Source: Takakia lepidozioides
Lineage: Eukaryota > Plantae > Bryophyta
Direction: 5' to 3'
DNA: 64,000 bases
Assembly (NCBI GenBank): GCA_030704615.1
Contig: CM060733.1
Coordinates: forward strand, 4,216,001-4,280,000
Positions 55,701 through 64,000 of this stretch are shown here, one piece after another (position 1 is the first letter of the stretch; each line of letters starts with the position of its first letter). A program made the position numbers and the translations under genes. The notes below the pieces were generated by a model. That model was not told the DNA's origin. It saw nothing but the letters and a program-made list of their open reading frames with translations, and searched no databases.

Positions 55701-58483
55701 GTAATATTTTGATCATATGTCAATGTTTCATATTGCATACTATGGAAAATTTGTAGATTACATGAATGCATATGTGCACTTTCATTTACCATATTTACAT
55801 TTGATGTATGTATTGTTGGAAGTATATTAGTACAAGTTAGATGTTCTTCATTATTGAGATTATAATTTTATAAAATATTTACTATTAATTGTTGAGTTTG
55901 TTGAGTTGTATATAAATTTCTAGATGAATAAGGTTGTATAATATTTATCAAATCTGATTCATTTGTCAAAATACGTCGTAATTTACATTCCATAAAATTT
56001 GATTTTGATGTATTTGAGGCAGAAATTAGGTCAACTTCATTTTCAAATGGTACTTTATGTAATAAAACACTATAAAAGTATGGTTTTGTATGATGGGCTG
56101 GATGATAATTTGTAAATCTTACTATTCGATTTGTACAATATATATAATTAATCAATGCATCACGGCCTTGTAAAATTTTATTTTTAATTGGTTTTTTTTC
56201 TATGATGTACTGAGACCAATATTGGATGAATGTAAGATGTAAAAGACTTTCTGGTCTCATCGAATATAAATCAATGGGATGAAGAGATAAGTTGTTAGAT
56301 TTTTTGAATAAATCGTGTTCTATGTTGTACAGGTGCACTATTAATGTAATAAACAGCTTCACTTCTTTGAATTATAGGTATATTAGATAATGTAATTGCT
56401 GCTTCTGTTATAGATACTGGCTTACTAAGAACATACTTTTAATTGTATTTCGGATAAATGAGTAAGTCCTAACTTCATAGCATCATTAGCATTTAAATTT
56501 AATTTTTCAGTAGGTTCAGCTTTCATTATATATTTTAAGGTATATAACGACCAATCAGTATTTGTAATTCTTTGTATGTTTGAATGGGCATTCCATAATA
56601 AAGATATAACTAGATGATATGGTACTATGTTCTGATGATCTGTACCTTCACCTCGGGGATATTCCCTTGTTTGTGTTGTCTGGTTTATTGCTGGGATTGT
56701 ATTTAAAAACGGTTCATAAGGAAATCCATATTTACAAATTGGAGAATTTTTCTTACAACCATAACGGTTACATTTATGAATTTGTTTTCTTTGAATAATA
56801 TGATGTAATTTGTAATCCAAAGAATCTGAAGTTGTCGATGTTATTTCTACATCTCGAGAATCTATCCACAAAATAATATGAGCATGAAGGGAAGTTCCTC
56901 GGTGTTGAACTTCATATCGAATAATATAATGTAAAACTCACCTAATATATGATATTTATTTAAAATAACGTACTTCATAAACATTTGAATTCGGGTATGG
57001 AAATGATGAGCACATTCTATTGCACAATCCGACCAATTAAAATTAAAATTAAATATTTTAACAATTTCTTCAATATCATCTATTTCTTTCCACCGTGTTT
57101 CAGATATTTCATCAGCAGTTAGTGTCAAAACAAAATGTGGCATTCCATATTTTTCAACCATTGCAAGTAAATCTTTCAAAAAAAATTTATGATATTGAGG
57201 AGATCCAGGAATAGATGATGGAATTGGATATTTAATAATATGTTTCATAAGTGTATCATCAGTTGCATTTGGATTTTTTTTCTTGTATAACTTTATATCT
57301 TTTTCTAAACAAATATCTTTTACTTGTTTTGCTATTAAATGACATTGTCGTATTTGATACATGAGAAGAACATAAGGTTTATATAAAGTGAATGGTGAAA
57401 ATAAAGTGTTACATCTCATTTTTAAGTATCCATTTAAACCATCCTTAAAATTTGTATAGTGTCCTTTTCCATGTGGAAATAGAAAAGGAAATAAAATATT
57501 TTCTAAAGTTATTTTTAAAAAATATTTGGATGCATATTTTGTGATGCTAATCCTTCTATATTAATTAAAAATGGTCGATTTATTACAGCATTTCTTACCT
57601 GTATGTTTCCAACATTATAAAGTTGATTTTCATTATATTGAATTGTATCAGAAATAGGTGTTACATCATCTAAAATTGTCATAGATTGTAAATTAGGACA
57701 GTTTAAAAATGTTCGTAATGGCCCTTCTGATACAAATTTTTCAACTATCTCTTGTATACATCGATATGGAAGTACACAGACACCTGATGTATGATTTGGT
57801 AATTCAGATAATGTCATAAATATTGAATGATTGGATTTGTTAATAGATTTTGAGCTAATATAGTTGATATTTGATTACTGATATATTCTCTATTAGTACA
57901 TGTATCTTCTTCGTGATTCCAAATAATTATAGCATTATCTAAAATTGATCTTTGCTCTACTTCACCCAACCCATATTCATTATTATTTTTTTAAGACTTA
58001 AACTTATATCGATCACAGTTAATAATTGTACATGTAAAGGATGAGGTTTTAAATTTTTTTAATGGAAAATATACAACATTTGATATTCTATTTTTATTTT
58101 TTACACATTTATTACACACATTTCATGTATTTTCTTCAATGTTTTCTGTATAATCTCTTAGATATATATTTGCTATTTGATATGGTGATATGATACAACT
58201 CGGATTTTTACTTTATTTTCTTTGAAATTTTGGAGATAACTATTAAAAAATATTACTCCACATATGAAGCACCATTCATTTTAGACACCATTGTAGAAGT
58301 AAATTTTTCCCAAAAATACTGTAATTCATTAGCATTATACCATGAATCACAGTATGGAAGGAACTGACGTTTTCTTTTTGTCCCACAACATAACTTAGCA
58401 AATATTCGACGTTCATGAATAGATCGACTCATATCAATAGTTAGATAATACAATATTATTCGACTATCCAACTTCACTTTCAA
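55701..58483 (-). pseudogene. Helitron Rep (HUH/Y2) portion of RepHel
   Basis: 'IPGSPQY..LKDLLAMVEKYGMPHFVLTLTADE', 'RYEVQHRG..HAHIILW' (~56870-56920), 'HKC..C..CKYGFP', 'NIVPYH..LLWNAHSNIQ..YTLKYIMK'; multiple frameshifts. Confidence 0.9.
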
Positions 58484-59669
58484 TCAATATAGTATTATAT
58501 AAAATGTATATATATATTATTAAGTTGGGTTCGAAGGACTCTCACCAAATATTATGTAATTATCACCATTTTGGTCCAATATCAGAAGATGATAGTTTCA
58601 TTCGAACAGATTATCGCGTCCACTATCACATTTGTCCAGTTGCACACATTATCGGTCTTCAGGACACCTTTCTCCACTTTCACGGATCATCACCTTTCCA
58701 GTCGCCTTTGTCCAGTTGAATGGATTATCACCCTTCGAGTCATCTTTCTCCACTTAAACGGATTATTCTAGACGAGGTCTTTAAACTAGAAAACTACAAT
58801 TCTAGTTTGTGGTCACAGATAAGTTCTACAAACACTCCCTTGTAACTACACAGTACTTAAACATATAACAATCGAGCATGTTTCAAGATCTACGACATAA
58901 CATTCAACTTCACTTTCATTTTCTGAACATTCAAAGATCAAAAATATAACAAATATGATTCTAAATATTTCGTTCTATTTCTTCTCTCTCTTTTGCTCTC
59001 TGTTCTGATCACTTAAAAGAGTTTGATTATAAACAACTTTGTCAAAAACTACCGAAGATGTACAACAAAGATATTGGAAGAGACTAAGAGGGATCCTGAT
59101 ATATTCAAAAGCAATAAGAGATTGTGAAGAACTCTGAAAGACTATGAAAAACTCTGAAAAAACAGCAACTGATTAAAAAGCAATAGACTGGAAGATAGTG
59201 AAAGACTAAACAAGTTCAGAGCTAGCGATTGTGTGTGTTCATTGTGAAGTTTACATACATATATATTTTTTTTATAATGACATTTGATAGATACGTAAAT
59301 TTTAACTTTTGATGTTAAATTACAATAAGTACTAGATGTAAAGATTTATGAAAGCTAATTATTAATCACACCAACCACATGTAGCTTTCACTACTAGAAA
59401 CTAACTAGATATATAGAAACAGACAAAATATGTAAGTTGTCATTCTTTATTACAAATAAAACAAAACTCTATTACTGATCAGTATTAAAATGGTTGTTGG
59501 TTACATTAATGTGAGATCCACTAACTCCATTATTTATTCAGATTCAAAATAATCATCTCCACCTACTTCACTTATTAATCTAAAAATATATATAGTAGTA
59601 ATTGTGTTAGGTTGGAAAATTAAATATTAATTATAATAATTTTATTATTTATATTCGAATTTAAGATTT

Positions 59670-61662
59670 CTTAGGATGACACTAATGAGTTCTAAGAGGA
59701 AAAAATGGAAACACATAAATCATCATTTATAATTTCCTTTAAAAAGTCGTTAGAGAAAAACAAACATATAAATTATTATTTATAATTACCCTTAGGCGGC
59801 CCTAAGGAGTCTTAATAAGGGAGAAAATAGAAAGATGTGAATTGCTACATATAGTTGTCCTTATGACTCCTTAGGGCACTCCTAAGGAGTCCTAAGAGGT
59901 GAGAAATAAAAAGATATAGATTATTATTTATAATTATCTTTAGGAATCCGTAGGACGGCCCTAAGGAATCATAAGAGTGGGAAAATAAAAACATTTAAAT
60001 TACTATTTATAATTACCCTTAAGACTTCTTAGGACAGTCCTAAGGAGTCCTAAGAGGAAGAAAATAAAAAGATATAAACTACTTTTTATAATTGTCCTTA
60101 GGGCTATGATTCATTGTGGAAAGATAACTAGAAGAAACCTGCATGGGTAGATGGTCAACTGGAAGCCGCAGCAGCAGCGGCACAATTGATAAAATTAGGC
60201 ACTGCTAATGAAGGTAGTGGATTGCTGAAGTTCGAAAGATGTCAATGTATGCATCTTCTGCTCAGGCATTTGGAAGTCTACATAGACTTTGCAGCTTTGT
60301 GCATTTTTGTAGCAGCACCGGATTAGATTATGGAACAGATCTTTGAACATTAAGTCACGTTGTATTTGAATCGATGTTCCAATTTCAAATGTGCTTTCAT
60401 GTTTCAATGGTGTTTTAGTGTACTTTCAATGGTGCTTTCATGTTTTAATGTTGCTAGAGGCCCATGACTACGGTCATGTACACGACTATCTCCCATCCAC
60501 AGAGCCTCTGCCACGTGCCACTTTCACCCTTCGTGTTCGCCCATACTCGTGCCACGTGCAGTATCTAGAGTGCGTCAGGGAAGTCATATGCTCCAGTCAT
60601 AACGAAAGTCATATGCTCCAGTCATAACGACCCGTGTCATGTCCAGTCTTCTCCACGTGTTGTCCTGGGGTTAATCTGCAGAAATCATATATGTCAGTCG
60701 TAAAGACCCTGTCGTCTTCCTTTTGACGTGACACGTGGCATATCCCTTCCGTTCCACTTGAAGCTGACATGGATTCGCAGTCATGTACTACAGTCTTATC
60801 AATGACTAAGATTAGGCGTCCCCGTTGCCACGTAAGAGTGGGAAAATAAAAATTTATAAAATATTATTTATAATTGCCCTTAGGACTCCTTAGGATAGTC
60901 CTAAGGAGTCCTAAGAGGAGGAAAACAAAAAATATAAATTGTTATTTATAATTGTCCTTAGGACTCCTTAGGGAAATTAAAAAATCAAGTACTACAATAA
61001 ATGTATCGACTTTTGTCATTATATTTATGAATCAGATGTACCGTTTATTGGTATCTACTGACAAAATTTGTAGGTTGTCACCATTTATTACAATTAAAAC
61101 AAAATTTTATTCTCGATAAATGTTCATACATCCATTTGTAATGCATGGACATCTATCTAGATAGTCGCAAGAGGGGAAAAATAGAAATATATAAGTTCTA
61201 ATAATGAATTGTCATATATAACTGTCTTTAGGACTCTTTAGAGCACTCCTAAAGAGTCCTAAGAGGTGGGAAATAAAAAGATATAAATTATTATTTATAA
61301 TTGTCCTTAGGACTCTTTAGGACGCCCTAAGGAGTCCTAAGAGTGGGAAAATAAAAACATATATATAATTTTTTATTTATAATTGCCCTTAGGACTCCTT
61401 AGGGAAATTTTAAAAAAAAAGGTACTACAATAAATGTATCGACTTTGGTCATTATATCTATGAATTGGATGTACCGCTTATTGGTATCTACCGACAAAAT
61501 TTGTAGGTTGTCACCATTTATTACAATTAAAACAAAATTTTGTTCTCGATAAATGTTCATACATCCATTTGTAATGCATGGACATCCATCTAGATAGTCG
61601 TAAGAGGGGGGGAAATAGAAATATGTAAATTACTATAAATAGTCGTCATTAGGACTCTTTAG
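59670..61662. repeat. Inverted copies of the 54790-55700 palindrome array (59670-60105 and 60830-61662), interrupted by an unrelated ~0.7-kb insert
   Basis: Same ttaggactccttagg..cctaaggagtcctaag hairpins; spacer modules are reverse complements (ccgacaaaatttgtaggttgtcaccatttattacaattaaaacaaaattttgttctcg at ~61490-61548). Confidence 0.9.
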
Positions 61663-62500
61663 GAGAGAATTAAATCTTCTAAAAATGGTGTACATATTAT
61701 TGAAGGGTCACCAGGAAGTGGTCAGATATTTTTTATTAAATATATAACTTATCAATTCTCAATAGAAAAAAAATGTACTACTATGTGCCACAACGGGAGC
61801 TGCAGCAACACGTATTAGCCCGTATGCAAAAACGGTTCATTCCCAATTTGCTATACCAATCACAGGTCACCCAGCTCGATTATATGAAAGTAATGAAAAA
61901 AAATTTCAACTACAATCTGTTGATATTATTATAATAGATGAAATATCAATGATGACTTCCGAAATTATCCAATTTGTATTGCGTAGACTTCGACATGTTG
62001 ATCCACAATTTAATAGAACAAAATCCAAAAAGTTATATCTTCTAGTGGGTGACCTTGCTCAATTACCTCTAATATGTATACAAAAAAATAAAAGTCATTC
62101 GTTAAATTGTATGTGTCATATTTCATGTTCTCCTGTGTATCAATCAGCCCACAAACATATTCATACTTCTGCAATTCGACATTCATCTGATTTAGAATAC
62201 TTATATTTTTTAAATATTATGAGAAATAAAAAACCCCTTGAGTCAGAAATACATGATACATTAAATTCTTGCTATATACAACCCGAGACTATAGAGCTTC
62301 AAGATTGGTTATACGATTCAAAATGGCATGAAATTTCTGAGATATGCATTGGTGCAAAAGTAATGTTAACTCAAAATATTAATTTATACTGCCAACGGTT
62401 CAATTGGAACAGTTACACAAATTCAAGCAACATCAAATCCCCAAACAATTACATCAATATTAGTACTCCTACATAATTCTGGCAATAGTATACCAGTGTC
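61663..62500 (+). pseudogene. PIF1-family SF1 helicase (N-terminal/central part of Helitron RepHel)
   Basis: Walker A 'IIEGSPGSG' (61705), 'CATTGAAA', 'TVHSQF', Walker B 'IIIDEISM', 'LVGDLAQLP', 'IGAKVMLTQNI'. Confidence 0.9.
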
Positions 62501-62720
62501 TAATTATTATTATTATTATTTTGTGAAACCTGGGAGCGACTGCTCACAATTCAGGCCCATGAGGAGGGGAAAATTTAACCCCCTTCCAGATAAGCCATTA
62601 GGCACACAGGTGGGAAACGTCACCACCAGACCAACCGGTCACGAACAATCCACACACCAGGCATGACAATGGGTTTGAACCCCAAACCACTAGGGCGACA
62701 CACTGTGCACTTATTTAAAT
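62501..62720 (-). mobile_element. SINE-like element (same family as 22479-22660) with (AAT)n tail
   Basis: B-box-like ggttcaaaccc on minus ~62671-62681; 3' end cgctcccaggtttc followed by (AAT)n; an oppositely oriented 3' end sits at ~62980-63015. Confidence 0.6.
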
Positions 62721-62721
62721 G

Positions 62722-62910
62722 ACATCTAGATGTAACTCTTGAAAGACATACGTCCCGGTGAAAATGCTTCTTTTATTGATATCATTACATTTGAAGATAT
62801 TGTTGCACCTTGAGACTTGTGACCAGTCATGACATATGCTAATGTCAATGGAAAAGTTGTTTTAGTATATTTAATTCCATTTTGATGTATATATGCATAT
62901 AATAAACATT
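62722..62910 (-). pseudogene. PIF1 helicase C-terminal motifs, inverted relative to the rest of the helicase
   Basis: 'KTTFPLTLAYVMTGHKSQGATI..EAFSPG' plus frameshifted 'YV.SRVTS' (motifs V/VI). Confidence 0.88.
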
Positions 62911-63165
62911 TATTATCTATTCTCCTCTCACCATCAAAGGGATTGAATAAACCTTTATTATGCACTATCCTCTCACTATCAAATGGCCTGATTTGTGAGC
63001 TGTCGCTCCCAGGTGTTTTCTTTAAATTTTATTATTTAAAAATTAAAACAATTGAAATTATTTTATTATTTATTTAAATTAAATAAATTTAACTTTATTT
63101 TTAAAAAAAAAAAAAAAAAAAACACTTATCTATGTTTTCATTTTTAAGAGACCTTTCGGCACTTG

Positions 63166-63245
63166 AGCAGGTAGCCCAATGGTTGGGTGTTTATGTCTGC
63201 CTGTGCATAGCCTAGGTGATCCAGGGTTCAATCCTTCAACGTGTG
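63166..63245 (+). mobile_element. tRNA-like Pol III head, probably a SINE remnant rather than a functional tRNA
   Basis: A-box-like tagcccaatgg (63172-63182) and B-box-like ccagggttcaatcc (63221-63234); no convincing cloverleaf. Confidence 0.4.
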
Positions 63246-63363
63246 CCTTCAGACCTCCTCGATGGCCTGTGTGTTGAGAAGTAGGCTTTGTAAATTCTCT
63301 GGACGTTAAAGAAACTTTACCTTTATCTTTATCTTTTCCCATAATTATTTTACAGATAATCCT

Positions 63364-64000
63364 TGTTACAGGTAGGATCCCTTACTCTTACCTGGACCTT
63401 ATCAAGGGAATCTTGTATATTCTTCCCGGACCTAGGCTTTATCCTGGGTTTGGGAATGGTAGCGACAAGCATACGATTTCTAACGGGCCAGGACCCGAGG
63501 TAACCCCCTGGGACTTTCCTCCGGACACTCCCTTGTGGTGCACAATAGTGCCCCCGTTTTGGACCATGGAGACCGGTTTACGGTTTGCTACAACTTCACA
63601 GTTTACCTTTCACACAGTGCCGTGGTTTCCCATGATCTCGTGCTATGGCGTCGGGAGACCTTGAGTATTGGAGATTCATGCCGTTTCGGGCATGCGCGAA
63701 CTGCACTAGTGGGTTGGCCCATCATGAACTTTCATGGCGCAGGTGGTCAATCCGAAAAGGGTCTTCCCATGAAAACGGTTACATTTCACTTCCTGCGGGG
63801 TTGTCCCGGGATGGGAGACCGCGTGATCTAGGCTAGTTGATAGCTCTGTCTGCCGTAAGCTGTCTGTCGCTAGGGTCGTAGTAATTTCCAATTAGGGAAA
63901 GGTAAGAAAAGGGCGCCCCCATTACCAAAGGTCCAAACCGATTGACCAGCGATTATTCCGTAACCAGACGGAGTCCCTTAGTAATACAAGCAGCATCCCA
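63364..64000. mobile_element. Possible LTR or other repeat starting TGTTAC.., running off the window
   Basis: Abrupt GC rise beginning at a TG dinucleotide, no credible ORF; weak support. Confidence 0.2.

Larger units (their letters stand above)
52140..62910. mobile_element. Decayed, rearranged AT-rich Helitron region (Rep, PIF1 helicase, adjacent GIY-YIG gene); ends not defined
   Basis: Abrupt drop in GC at ~52140; Rep and helicase motifs listed below. Confidence 0.8.

Noticed and set aside
60105-60830. Insert within the palindrome array as a gene
   Set aside because: Only short ORFs without motifs; CACGTG/GTCAT-rich fragment probably from another repeat and not assignable.
54950-61660. 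CRISPR-like interpretation of the CCTNAGG hairpin arrays
   Set aside because: Spacers are homologous to each other, so this is a tandem repeat rather than unique spacers.
63166-63245. Functional tRNA gene
   Set aside because: A/B boxes are present but acceptor and anticodon stems cannot be paired convincingly.

Overview
Eukaryotic, intron-rich nuclear DNA from a non-seed land plant, most likely a bryophyte (inferred from gene and TE content). A block of host genes at about 24-50 kb contains a conserved unknown protein, a CYP85-clan P450, LHCB3, RHL1, KRR1 and PSB27-H2/LPA19. Two TE-rich zones flank it. Left (1-22.7 kb): a decayed intron-containing beta-class N4C/N6A DNA-methyltransferase-like gene beside an array of 26-bp palindromes; a truncated Ty3/gypsy element whose pol carries an in-frame C5 cytosine DNA methyltransferase and a C-terminal PHD finger, followed by three tandem LTR copies; and a 10.5-kb Mutator-like element (TIRs, 9-bp TSD) with a SWIM transposase and a convergent Ulp1 protease, inserted into a SINE. 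Right (51-64 kb): a GLY1-like processed pseudogene and a decayed Helitron with an adjacent GIY-YIG nuclease, whose RepHel gene is split by two inversions bounded by inverted repeats. The most striking theme is mobile-element regions carrying their own DNA-modifying and chromatin-reading enzymes. All family assignments come from motifs recognised by eye; no database searches were run. There is a 500-N assembly gap at 21718-22217.
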